Positions 1 to 9,045 of a stretch of DNA of 64,000 nucleotides are shown one piece after another (the first letter of the stretch is position 1; each line of letters begins with the position of its first letter). The stretch comes from a virus. The position numbers and the translations under genes were made by a program. The stretch lies in IMG/VR virus record IMGVR_UViG_3300022902_000006. One strand, written 5' to 3'. Under the pieces are notes generated by a model. It had not been told where the DNA came from, did no database searches, and saw only the letters and a program-made list of their open reading frames with translations.

Positions 1-2
1 TC

Positions 3-332
3 CCGGAGGCCGACGCCGCTGGCGCAGCCGTCATCAGCGCGGGCACCACGCCCGACACGTCCCAGACCGACAACGCCCCAGTGTGGCTGGTGGTCGAGGG
101 CAACGACGACTTCTCCGGGGACTACGTCAAGAAGGCGCACTGCCTGCGCCTGGGCTCGGGCCTCATCTGGGAGACCGATCAGTTCGCCGCCGGAACCTAC
201 GCCGTGAGCACCCCCGTGTCGTTCAGCGCGGGCAAGATCAAGGTCAAGGGGTCCAACGAGCAGATCATCGGCTACGTGGTGGCGAACGAAGTCACCGCGC
301 GTGGCGTCCTGCGCATCGCCGACACCGCGTAA
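3..332 (+). CDS. putative head decoration/cement protein (5'-truncated by window)
   Basis: Frame is open from base 3; beta-rich ORF directly upstream of the major capsid gene, the usual position for a decoration protein. Confidence 0.5.
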   Translation, partial: PEADAAGAAVISAGTTPDTSQTDNAPVWLVVEGNDDFSGDYVKKAHCLRLGSGLIWETDQFAAGTYAVSTPVSFSAGKIKVKGSNEQIIGYVVANEVTARGVLRIADTA

Positions 333-409
333 GGAGTGGTGATTCCTCGTCGGTTGTACTAAGCTAAACACGAAACGCACCACGTAAACGGTTCTGGAGG
401 ACCAAACAA

Positions 410-1324
410 ATGGAACAGTACGCCACGCAAGAAAGCGAAGTTGAAGCGCGGCTCGTCAACTCGAACTTCGTCAAGAAGATCGAGGAGGGGCGCACCAAAG
501 AGGCCCAAGACGAGGGCTCCGCATTCATCCGCATGAAGGTCCGTCAGGAATCCTTCGCCCGCGAGATCATCCACCCCATCCTTCTGGAAGACGACCAGAT
601 CGACCGGGACGAGAACTCCGACCAGCCCAAGAAGATCGTGGAGAAGGAGCCAGACAGCGTGGCCACCTTCGTGACCTTCCAGGGCACCGGGCGGCGTACC
701 TGGTTCCGTGGCCTCCGCTTTGCGGTGAAGTTCGGGAAGACCGAATCCCAGCGCTTCACCAAGAACAAGTGGGAGCTGATGACGTACCAGAACGACATCC
801 GCAAGATCCTCTCAGACAACTCGGTCAAGGACATGGCCGACCAGGAGGACACCCACTTCATCGGCACCATCGATGACCTGATCGCGCTGAACCTCGCGAC
901 GCAGATGACCACGGCCACCGGCTTCAACTCCGCCAGCTTCAAGAAGGCGTTCCAGGCCATGGTGCGTCGTCGCCAGCCCATCGGCAAGATGCTGATGACC
1001 AAGGAGCTGTACTACGAGGCCCTGGACCTGCCCGCCACCTCCGTCGGCAACACGGTCGCCTCGCGGCACTACGACGAGGGCATCGAGGACGAGGACGTCC
1101 TGTGGGGTCTGCCGGTGGTGTCCACCATGAAGAGCGACGTCCTGAACCCCAAGAAGGCGTACGTCTTCGCCCCCGAGGAGTTCCTGGGCTGCTTCTTCCT
1201 GCTGCAGGACGCGACCCTGTACATCAAGCACGAGGCCGACATCATCGAGTTCTGGAGCTACGCGGCTCCGGGCATCGGCATCGGGAACACGCTGGCTTTC
1301 CAGGCCATCACCTTCCCGGCGTAA
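410..1324 (+). CDS. major capsid protein (HK97-like fold, divergent)
   Basis: 304 aa, strong codon bias, SD GGAGG; motifs RQESFAREII, KIVEKEPDS, DIRKILSDNSVKDM resemble large-phage capsid proteins; heads the structural operon. Confidence 0.75.
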   Translation: MEQYATQESEVEARLVNSNFVKKIEEGRTKEAQDEGSAFIRMKVRQESFAREIIHPILLEDDQIDRDENSDQPKKIVEKEPDSVATFVTFQGTGRRTWFRGLRFAVKFGKTESQRFTKNKWELMTYQNDIRKILSDNSVKDMADQEDTHFIGTIDDLIALNLATQMTTATGFNSASFKKAFQAMVRRRQPIGKMLMTKELYYEALDLPATSVGNTVASRHYDEGIEDEDVLWGLPVVSTMKSDVLNPKKAYVFAPEEFLGCFFLLQDATLYIKHEADIIEFWSYAAPGIGIGNTLAFQAITFPA

Positions 1325-1405
1325 GAACGGCTGCATCACTCCCAGGCCCCCGACTAATGAAACGGGGAGGGGCCTGGGCTGCTTGACTGCTACAAGGAGT
1401 ACGAC

Positions 1406-1807
1406 ATGACGAAAGTCCGTCTGACATGGTGTGGGCAGGGCGCTCTGGATCTTTCCCATCTCACCACCGACGAGGGGCTTCCCCTCATGTTCGCCGCCCC
1501 AGGGTGTACGGCAGTTGTGAGTACGGACACCACCAAGCACCCGCTTCTCTCCTCGTTCCTCAAGCCACTGGGGGATCTTCACAGCGTGGACGCCGAGTCC
1601 CCAGAAGAACCCCTCGTAGCCGCTCCATCCCCGGAACCACCTCCTCCAGAACCAGTACCGGAGAAGGAGTCAACACCCGCACCCGCCGTCGTATCTGAGC
1701 CGGAACCCGAGCCCGAGCCCGAGCCCGCCCCGGAACCCGACAAGCCTAAGCCGGGCCGAGGTCGGGGACGTGAGAGGGCAGGCGGTGAGAAAAAGAACGA
1801 CAAGTAG
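1406..1807 (+). CDS. hypothetical protein with Pro/Glu-rich C-terminal linker
   Basis: SD AAGGAG; PEPEPEPEP low-complexity tract. Confidence 0.7.
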   Translation: MTKVRLTWCGQGALDLSHLTTDEGLPLMFAAPGCTAVVSTDTTKHPLLSSFLKPLGDLHSVDAESPEEPLVAAPSPEPPPPEPVPEKESTPAPAVVSEPEPEPEPEPAPEPDKPKPGRGRGRERAGGEKKNDK

Positions 1808-1849
1808 AGGGGCATCACGCACCTCAACCTCAACACCCGATTCACCCAA

Positions 1850-1883
1850 AGGCGCGTGCTGCTCTGCGGTGCGCGCTTTTTTT
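1850..1883 (+). terminator. Rho-independent terminator
   Basis: GCGCGTGC..GTGCGCGC stem followed by T7. Confidence 0.7.
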
Positions 1884-1908
1884 ACATGACATTTACGCGG
1901 TAAATCAC

Positions 1909-2163
1909 ATGACAGAAAAAACAGATGAGACAGTAGATGTAACGGAAACCCACGACCTCAATATCGCAGCCTACATCAAGGAAGTGAAGGAGGTACCTAC
2001 AATGGGGCACGTAGTTCGGGACCGGAAAGTCTATATCCAGTTCGGACTATCTGCTGAGGTGTTTGCGGCACACCAGAACGACTACTGGAACTCGGTGCAC
2101 GCGAGGTGTGACAGCACACGGAAGAACTTCCTGCAGCTAACGAAGCGCGCCAAACATAGGTAA
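1909..2163 (+). CDS. small phage protein (DUF5659-like)
   Basis: THDLNIAAYI resembles the T.DLY.AA.L motif of DUF5659; recalled, not searched. Confidence 0.45.
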   Translation: MTEKTDETVDVTETHDLNIAAYIKEVKEVPTMGHVVRDRKVYIQFGLSAEVFAAHQNDYWNSVHARCDSTRKNFLQLTKRAKHR

Positions 2164-2168
2164 AACCA

Positions 2169-2561
2169 ATGCTGTTATCAGCGGTACCCGCCCAACCCAA
2201 CGAATTCCTAGCGGTGTCGTGCCTGAGTGCTGACGCAGTAGGGGACGTCGTCTACTTCACAGGGGTGGACGCAGTGGCGCGAGTGGTCATGACCGACCGC
2301 ACAAAGGGACCCGGCGTAGGGATCATCATCAAAAAACGCGGCGCTACTTCTGCCGTAGTCCAGACACGCGGAATAGTACGCAACGTCTACGCGGGTCTGC
2401 CCACACGTAGTACCCTCTTCGTCTCCGACGATGGTGGACTCACCGCACTGGTGCCCTCGTTTCCTTCTACCGGAATACGCTACATTCACCGCTTCGCAAA
2501 AACAATAAATCCGACTACATTACTGTTGTTGCACGAAACGCCTATTGTTTTAAACGCGTAA
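2169..2561 (+). CDS. virion structural protein (DUF2190/decoration-like beta domain)
   Basis: AVGDVVY..G...GII....A.VQT.G.V pattern, shared with the C-terminus of 3277..4923 and the N-terminus of 53254..54081. Confidence 0.55.
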   Translation: MLLSAVPAQPNEFLAVSCLSADAVGDVVYFTGVDAVARVVMTDRTKGPGVGIIIKKRGATSAVVQTRGIVRNVYAGLPTRSTLFVSDDGGLTALVPSFPSTGIRYIHRFAKTINPTTLLLLHETPIVLNA

Positions 2562-2661
2562 TACCTTTTCGACTACTCGGAAGATAGTGCTCACGCGGTG
2601 GTGAGCGGTGCACAACGGGTAGTCGAATTTTTTTCTACACCACACCACAAGGAGCAGTGCC

Positions 2662-3210
2662 ATGCCCAACACCAACGCCCCCACCACACGAGCCCTCGAA
2701 GAAGACGTCGACGTCACCCCCGAGGTTGAGGAGGAGACTCCCAAGGAAGAAGAGCCCGTGGTTGAGGAGGAGACTCCCAAGGAAGAAGAGCCCGAGGTTG
2801 AGGGAGAGCCCGAGGTTGAGGGAGAGCCCGAGGTTGAGGGAGAGACCCATGCCGAAAAGGTAGCGCGCATGGTCAGCGGCGACACCATCGAGCTGCCCGA
2901 CGGTACCCCCGCCGTGAAGCTGTCCGACCTGGAATTGTGGGCCTTCCGTGCCAAGACCGCCGAGCGGGAGTCTGCGTTTCACACGCACACGATCGCAGTC
3001 CAGAAGCGGGACATTACGGACCTGCGTCACCGTCTCACCATGTCCGAGCAGGACAACCTCATCCTGCAAGCCAAGCACGCCGCCGAACAAAGCATCGCTG
3101 AAGAGGCTTCGTACACCCGGACACTGTGCGAGCGGTACAACCTCGAACCCACCAAGTTGGGTATTGACATCACATCCGGGTTGTTGCACGATCTTCGTAC
3201 TCAGAGTTAA
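2662..3210 (+). CDS. acidic hypothetical protein with Glu-rich repeats
   Basis: SD AAGGAG; repeated PEVEEETPKEEE/PEVEGE; coiled-coil-like C-terminal half. Confidence 0.75.
   Translation: MPNTNAPTTRALEEDVDVTPEVEEETPKEEEPVVEEETPKEEEPEVEGEPEVEGEPEVEGETHAEKVARMVSGDTIELPDGTPAVKLSDLELWAFRAKTAERESAFHTHTIAVQKRDITDLRHRLTMSEQDNLILQAKHAAEQSIAEEASYTRTLCERYNLEPTKLGIDITSGLLHDLRTQS
2719..2844 (+). repeat. in-frame tandem repeats (2 x 36 bp, then 3 x 18 bp)
   Basis: cccgWggttgaggaggagactcccaaggaagaagag x2, then cccgaggttgagggagag x3. Confidence 0.9.
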
Positions 3211-3276
3211 AGGGTACGCAGTACCCCCACCACCGCTAACTCTACACGGAAACCATCAGCAAGGAGAGTTAGCCTC

Positions 3277-4923
3277 ATGACCGCACGCCCACAATTTTTC
3301 AACACCTCCACCGGAGTCGTGGAGTCCCTCCCAGCAGGGACCGCACTCGACCTCGGTACCGGGGGCCTCAACGTCGGCGGTAACATCGCCTTGTCCAACA
3401 GCGCCAAGATCACCGGCATGGGTGCAGGTACCCAGGCAGGCGACGCGGCACGCTACGAACAGGTCCTCCTGCGCAGTGGCGTCAACGCCATGTCCGCTGA
3501 CCTGGCCATGGGTGACAACCAGATCACTGGTCTGGGGAGCCCGAGCGCCGCAACCGACGCAGCCTCCAAGCAGTACGTGGACGGTGTGGCCCAGGGTCTC
3601 AGCGTCAAGCGCAGCGTCAAGGCCGCGACCCAGGCCAATCTGGTGGGCACCCGTACGCTCAGCGTGATCACCGCCGGTGCCAATGGCGCCTTCCCCACCG
3701 TGGACGGCATCACGATCACCACGGACGGCTCCGCCGGGGCCAACGATGGTACCGAGGCCGCTTCCGACCGCGTGCTGGTCAAGAACCAGACCGCCGACGT
3801 GGACAACGGCGTCTACTTCCTGTCCGATCCCGGCGACGGCAGCAACCCATGGAAGCTGACCCGCTGCTCCGACGCCGACGAGCAAAGCGACGACATGAGC
3901 GGCGCCTTCATGTTCGTGGAGCAGGGCACCGTTGACGCCGACACCGGGTGGGTCTGCACCGGCGACGGTGACATCCTCCCCAACACCCACGACATGGTCT
4001 TCACCCAGTTCTCCGGCGCAGGCAGCTACACCGGCGGCGACGGCGTCGCCATCACGGGCACCTCCGTGGCCGTGGACCTGGGCACCGCCCCCGGCCTCCT
4101 GTTCAACGCTGGGAAGCTGCTGGTCAAGACCAAGACCAACGGCGGCGTCACCCTGGACGCGGACGGCCTCAGCGCCACCATCGGCAGCGGCGACGTCGGG
4201 GTCAACGGCTCCGGGCAGCTCTACGTGCCCGACGGCGCGCTCGACAACGACCACATCAACGCCTCCGCAGGCATCGTGGACACCAAGCTGGCCACCCTCG
4301 CCACCGCGAACAAGGTGTCCGGTTCCGCCGTGCAGCTCGGCACCAACCCCGGCATCGAGGACAGCACCGGCCTGAAGATCAAGATCGGCGACAGCAACAC
4401 CCTGTCCCTGGATGGTGACGGCCTCGCCGTCGATGGTGTGCCCACCACGTTCAACATCGGCGCCACCGCCGTCGGAGCTGCCGTCACGGCCCCGAACCTG
4501 GACACCCTGACCGACGTCAGCCAGGCTGACAGCCTGCACACCCACGGCCAGGTGCAGAACAAGGAGAACTTCACCGCCGACACCGCTGGCGTGACCGCCG
4601 ACACCGCCGTGCGCTGCAGCACCGCAAGCAAAGTCGTCACCGCAGCCTGCGACACCGCCGCCAACGCCCGCATCATCGGCGTAGCCCCCGCCGCCGCAAC
4701 CAGCGGAAACCCTGCCCTGTTCGTGGCAGCGGGTTACACGGAGGGCGTGACCGTGGCTGGCACCCCCTCGATCAACGACCCGGTCTTCCTGCAGTCCAAC
4801 GGCACCCTGAGCAGCGTTCAGCCCAGCACCGCTGGCCACCAGATCGTCCGCGTGGGCTTCTACTGTGGTACCAACGCGATCTTCGTGCAGATCGCCTACC
4901 TCGGCACCGTGCCCGCAGCGTAA
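3277..4923 (+). CDS. virion fibre/structural protein
   Basis: 548 aa, Gly/Thr/Ala-rich; DAASKQYVD, RVLVKNQT..NGVY and GAFMFVEQGT motifs typical of phage fibre/collar proteins. Confidence 0.75.
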   Translation: MTARPQFFNTSTGVVESLPAGTALDLGTGGLNVGGNIALSNSAKITGMGAGTQAGDAARYEQVLLRSGVNAMSADLAMGDNQITGLGSPSAATDAASKQYVDGVAQGLSVKRSVKAATQANLVGTRTLSVITAGANGAFPTVDGITITTDGSAGANDGTEAASDRVLVKNQTADVDNGVYFLSDPGDGSNPWKLTRCSDADEQSDDMSGAFMFVEQGTVDADTGWVCTGDGDILPNTHDMVFTQFSGAGSYTGGDGVAITGTSVAVDLGTAPGLLFNAGKLLVKTKTNGGVTLDADGLSATIGSGDVGVNGSGQLYVPDGALDNDHINASAGIVDTKLATLATANKVSGSAVQLGTNPGIEDSTGLKIKIGDSNTLSLDGDGLAVDGVPTTFNIGATAVGAAVTAPNLDTLTDVSQADSLHTHGQVQNKENFTADTAGVTADTAVRCSTASKVVTAACDTAANARIIGVAPAAATSGNPALFVAAGYTEGVTVAGTPSINDPVFLQSNGTLSSVQPSTAGHQIVRVGFYCGTNAIFVQIAYLGTVPAA

Positions 4924-5029
4924 TCCTGAACACCCCCTCCTGTAACACCTCCTAGCTGAATCCTGCTCCATCCAAGACTGGTCAAACCCAACCGGGACCG
5001 CTACAATACTGCGTAGCGCAAGGAATCCA

Positions 5030-5743
5030 ATGAGTTCTATAATCCAGACAGGTGAAACCGAGCCCGTTGAAATCTACGTTACAGATATCGTAGGTGACGC
5101 GCTTCTCGGAAAAACGGACATCAAACTGCGTATCCGCCGCCACGCAGATGGGTACTATCTGGACTGGAGTGACGATACCTTCAAAATTGCAGGCTCAGTT
5201 GTCACGATGTTGGAAGCGTTGTCTGAAGTTGACGCCACCAACAGTCCCGGAATGTACGCTTTAGACACCGCTACACACAAGCACGGCTTGGATACTAACG
5301 CGATAACGAACCCCGGCACTAATGACATCTACGCCATCACCGTCCTACAGGACGGAGGTGCGGACGCCACCGGACTACCCACCAACAGCGAACTCAAAGT
5401 AGGCTTCTGGGCTGACCAAATAGGCGGTGTACCCGTCAGCGTAGCCAACGCCGTGTGGAACGCCATGCAAGCTGACCACGTCGTACAGGGGTCCTTCGGC
5501 GAACTACTGCTCCGTGTAGAGGCACTGAAACACGGCAACCACGTCCTGGACAACCTCGTCTACAACAGCCAGAACCTAATCATCTCCGGACGCATGCGTC
5601 TATTCACCACAAAAACCGCTGTTGCCGCAGCCACGGATGGGGGCACCGGAGAAGGGGAGTTTGCTTCCTACTCCTTCACCACTACCGTTGATAGCCAGAA
5701 CGACTACCGCGCAGATGTGATCCGCGCCAGCAAGGATAGTTGA
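5030..5743 (+). CDS. putative virion structural protein
   Basis: 237 aa ORF in the structural operon; AVWNA motif; SD AAGGA. Confidence 0.6.
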   Translation: MSSIIQTGETEPVEIYVTDIVGDALLGKTDIKLRIRRHADGYYLDWSDDTFKIAGSVVTMLEALSEVDATNSPGMYALDTATHKHGLDTNAITNPGTNDIYAITVLQDGGADATGLPTNSELKVGFWADQIGGVPVSVANAVWNAMQADHVVQGSFGELLLRVEALKHGNHVLDNLVYNSQNLIISGRMRLFTTKTAVAAATDGGTGEGEFASYSFTTTVDSQNDYRADVIRASKDS

Positions 5744-5745
5744 CG

Positions 5746-5898
5746 ATGTTTAGTCTACTAAACCTCGTAACACGCGGTTCCGTGACCATAGGACTTAAAC
5801 CAGCACCGATCACCGCCCCCAAGAACACACAGGCAGTGATCGACGCTGCGCCTGCGGCGCCCCAGGGGGCTTCCGCCGTCAAAAAAGAGACCAGCTAA
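5746..5898 (+). CDS. small hypothetical protein (50 aa)
   Basis: Read by hand: MFSLLNLVTRG...KKETS; stop overlaps the next ATG (TAATG). Confidence 0.5.
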   Translation: MFSLLNLVTRGSVTIGLKPAPITAPKNTQAVIDAAPAAPQGASAVKKETS

Positions 5899-6458
5899 TG
5901 AGTGTGCGCATCCAGTGGTCCCCGAACACTGAATCAGATATTAAGTCCTACGAACTGGTGCGCTGCGCCACGAAGACGGGAACCTACGCACTGGTGACCA
6001 CCATCGTGCACGACCTGCTCGGAGCCAACTACGACGCCACCGCGTCCAAGTTCTTCTACGACGACACTGCAGGCACAACCGCGCACTGGTACAAACTACG
6101 CGCCGTGGATCAGTACAGTAATCCCAGCGGCTACACAAACCCTTTCCAACCGGGGGAAAGCACAACGCCCCCTGTATTTCCCAACACGGTGTCCCTAACT
6201 GAAGACTACCCCACGACCGATAACCTTCGGTACATCACTGCAGGGGCTGCGGGGGTGGGTGACGCTCAAGTCCGCGTCTACAAAAAAACGGACTACGACC
6301 AGGGAAAACTAACCCTCATCCAGGGTCAAACCACCACCGACGCCAATGGACGCTGGAAAGTCCCTATCCTGGTGGAGGCCGGAACAACGTACACTATCTA
6401 CTTCCAGAAACCCCACGCCTTCGGCCCTGATACCACAGAAGTGGTAGTGCCCTCATAA
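5898..6458 (+). CDS. virion protein with FN3/Ig-like domains
   Basis: IQWSPNTESDIKSYEL ... WYKLRAVDQYSNPSG is an FN3 signature. Confidence 0.65.
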   Translation: MSVRIQWSPNTESDIKSYELVRCATKTGTYALVTTIVHDLLGANYDATASKFFYDDTAGTTAHWYKLRAVDQYSNPSGYTNPFQPGESTTPPVFPNTVSLTEDYPTTDNLRYITAGAAGVGDAQVRVYKKTDYDQGKLTLIQGQTTTDANGRWKVPILVEAGTTYTIYFQKPHAFGPDTTEVVVPS

Positions 6459-6468
6459 GGAACTAGCC

Positions 6469-6945
6469 ATGCTCATCGAACAGAAGAACGTCGAACCTGA
6501 CCACCTCATCACAACGGTAGAGCAGGCCATCAAGATAGGCGCGCAGTTCACCGGCGAAATACCCTCCATCGACGATGGGGGTGAGGACATCCTGTTCGTC
6601 CCCTACATGAACGACGCCGATGGCATCTATCGCATGATGAGGTCCGCTACCACCCCAACCGTGGTTGAGGGCGACAAAGGGGGCCTGTTTCTCTTCGCAA
6701 ACAAGGTGCCCGTGCGTATCGAGTACATCCTGGCCGACCTCGGTACGTCCCAGGCGTGGAACCTCCACCACGCCCTGGCACACGGGAACTTTCCCATCGC
6801 CAACGCCACCAGCCAATACATCCGGCGCACCTTCGATGACGACGGGCTGATCCTGGCCCCCACGGAAGGGGTAAAGCTGATTACTACCGCTGCCACGAAA
6901 GCGATGTGGATGCGGGTAGGCGTCAGCGTTTGTCGCGCACTCTAG
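6469..6945 (+). CDS. hypothetical virion protein
   Basis: 158 aa ORF tightly packed in the operon. Confidence 0.6.
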   Translation: MLIEQKNVEPDHLITTVEQAIKIGAQFTGEIPSIDDGGEDILFVPYMNDADGIYRMMRSATTPTVVEGDKGGLFLFANKVPVRIEYILADLGTSQAWNLHHALAHGNFPIANATSQYIRRTFDDDGLILAPTEGVKLITTAATKAMWMRVGVSVCRAL

Positions 6946-6966
6946 GAATTTACGGGGTAAATCGCC

Positions 6967-7452
6967 ATGGCCGTCACAGCCACACCAGCAACTCCCAGCG
7001 TCGTCAGTGCAGACGAAATCCGCATGTTTTTGCGCGACTTCGCCCTGGGGCACCTCACCAGCGGGCAGGGGAACCTGATCCTGGATGACGTGCAGTTCTC
7101 CCCCAAAGAACTTGCCCTGGCCATCAAGATGGCAGTGTCGGCGTACAACCTGGTGACCCCTGTATCCAACGTCACCGCCGCCAACTTCCCCAATGAGTAC
7201 CTCCTGCTGATTGGTGTCACGCGCTTCCTGCTCCTCTCTGAGGGCTTCCATCAACTCCGCAACCAAGTGAACGCACAGGATGGGGATATTGCCCCCGCAG
7301 GCATCTACGAGAAGGCTGCAGCCTACATCGCGCTCTCCAATACCTTGAACGCGGAGTGGACCACCTCTGTCAGATCGCTCAAAAACCAACTGAACATGGA
7401 AGGTGCGTACAGCAGCCTCGGGTCGGGCATGGGTGGGGGTAAAACAATCTGA
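6967..7452 (+). CDS. putative head-tail adaptor (neck) protein
   Basis: Helical; SADEIRMFLRD start; position between head and tail genes. Confidence 0.55.
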   Translation: MAVTATPATPSVVSADEIRMFLRDFALGHLTSGQGNLILDDVQFSPKELALAIKMAVSAYNLVTPVSNVTAANFPNEYLLLIGVTRFLLLSEGFHQLRNQVNAQDGDIAPAGIYEKAAAYIALSNTLNAEWTTSVRSLKNQLNMEGAYSSLGSGMGGGKTI

Positions 7453-8276
7453 TGTCCTTCTCAGTAGAGATCGTGAAGGTGACACCGCTGTACCCAAAAA
7501 AGGTACTGCTGCAGTGGGACATCCAGGATCCACCCGCTGCTGGGTCCTACACCTTCACCATCGAACGTAGTGGCTCCACTTCTGGACCGTGGACCCTCGT
7601 CGTAGCTGGACTACAAAACACGTACAACTACTTCGATGACTTCAGCACACTAACCAAAGAACACGACATCAACCTCCTCTCCCTGCAGCGAAACGTCTAC
7701 TATCGCATCACTGCTGCACCTCCCACGGGAAGCGCTGTAACTAGCGAGCCGCACGGCTTTGAACCCAGTGAACTCAGTCCTATGGCACGGGGACTCCGCC
7801 GCCGCCTCCGCCACGACCAACTCATCACTTACAAAAAAATCAACGGCGTAAAGCTCGCTATCTCCAAGCGCCGCCGCTGGGGTCCACGCTGCACCGTGTG
7901 CTTCGACCCCGTATCCAAGGCAGCACTGCATTCACACTGTGAGGCGTGCTATGGCACCGGCTTCGCAGACGGGTACTGGACAAGCGTCATAATGTGGGGG
8001 CGCATTAGCCCTGACAAAGTTGCTGTACAAGGTGCGCCCGCTGGGGTGGTGGAAAGCTCAGGGCATGTCATCACACTGCTTGATGTTCCCAGACTGCAAG
8101 ACGATGACCTGATCACCGAGCTGGATACAAACCGCCGCTACGTCGTACGCCGTCAGCTCCAAACAGAGCTGCGCCGCTACCCTGTGCATCAGCAAGTACA
8201 AGTATCCCAGCTATCTCGAAACGCCGTCGAGTACCTCATAGCGGTAGACAGCTCCTTATCTCCTCCGCTACTCTAA
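7452..8276 (+). CDS. putative neck/head-closure protein with FN3 N-terminus and Zn motif
   Basis: RCTVC...CEACYGTGF motif; LQDDDLITE..RRYVV beta-barrel; translationally coupled to the previous gene. Confidence 0.55.
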   Translation: MSFSVEIVKVTPLYPKKVLLQWDIQDPPAAGSYTFTIERSGSTSGPWTLVVAGLQNTYNYFDDFSTLTKEHDINLLSLQRNVYYRITAAPPTGSAVTSEPHGFEPSELSPMARGLRRRLRHDQLITYKKINGVKLAISKRRRWGPRCTVCFDPVSKAALHSHCEACYGTGFADGYWTSVIMWGRISPDKVAVQGAPAGVVESSGHVITLLDVPRLQDDDLITELDTNRRYVVRRQLQTELRRYPVHQQVQVSQLSRNAVEYLIAVDSSLSPPLL

Positions 8277-8280
8277 GCGT

Positions 8281-8967
8281 ATGGATCCGCCCACTCGCTC
8301 AGACCCGCCAGCACCCCGTGTCGCCACCCAGAATGCCCTCATCGTTGAGGCGTCACCCTTAGCAATCATTGGTATATTTGTAGTGTTCCTACAGGAGCGA
8401 TTTAGGGAGGGGAACGGTCCTACCGCGTACACCCACCACCCAAACCACACGCAATCAAAAATAATCATTGAATCAGCGTTTGAGGACACCCGCGCAGAGC
8501 GAGGGTCCCACCCGGCTATTTACGTGGACAAAGACTCCTCCACCTTTCGAAAAATATCAATCGGGGACCGTTCACAATTCTCCCCCAAATCAGGCAAAAA
8601 CTGGGGGACGTGCCACTCCCACATGCCCATTCGCATTGAATGTGTTTCCGCGAACAAGGGGGAGAGCGCCACCATTGGCGACCTGGTACACACCAGCACG
8701 ATGATGGCCTCCGATGTGATCCAAGCCGCGTTCAACCTTCACGACATAACACCACCTGTTCTAAGCCGTACCATCCCTTACGAAGAAGACACCAAGGTAT
8801 GGAATTCCGTCGTCACCTTCAGTGTGGTATGCACCATGAACTGGTCTACTCTCCCGATTTCTCCTGTGCTCCAGGAGTGTGTACTCCGCATACAAGGTGG
8901 CGCAGGAGACGCATCACCCACACAACACCTCATCGACATCGCCACTCGCAGCAGGGGACTTCCGTAG
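8281..8967 (+). CDS. putative tail terminator/completion protein
   Basis: PAIYV motif and position just before the sheath gene. Confidence 0.45.
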   Translation: MDPPTRSDPPAPRVATQNALIVEASPLAIIGIFVVFLQERFREGNGPTAYTHHPNHTQSKIIIESAFEDTRAERGSHPAIYVDKDSSTFRKISIGDRSQFSPKSGKNWGTCHSHMPIRIECVSANKGESATIGDLVHTSTMMASDVIQAAFNLHDITPPVLSRTIPYEEDTKVWNSVVTFSVVCTMNWSTLPISPVLQECVLRIQGGAGDASPTQHLIDIATRSRGLP

Positions 8968-8994
8968 CCGTTCTTGTGTAATCAATAGGCGCAG

Positions 8995-9002
8995 CCTATA
9001 AT
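8995..9002 (+). promoter_or_regulatory. putative late promoter CCTATAAT (also at 15653, 19960, 38739; variants at 5001 and 12704)
   Basis: The same octamer lies 7-55 nt upstream of four + strand structural-type genes; no sigma70 -35 box is evident. Confidence 0.6.
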
Positions 9003-9045
9003 TTGGGCGAAATATCACGCGTTTTTTCCTCGTAGGAGATGCACG

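Noticed and set aside
1340-1385. Hammerhead ribozyme after the capsid gene (CTAATGA..GAAAC)
   Set aside because: No stem II between the core halves; more simply a stabilising or terminator-like hairpin.
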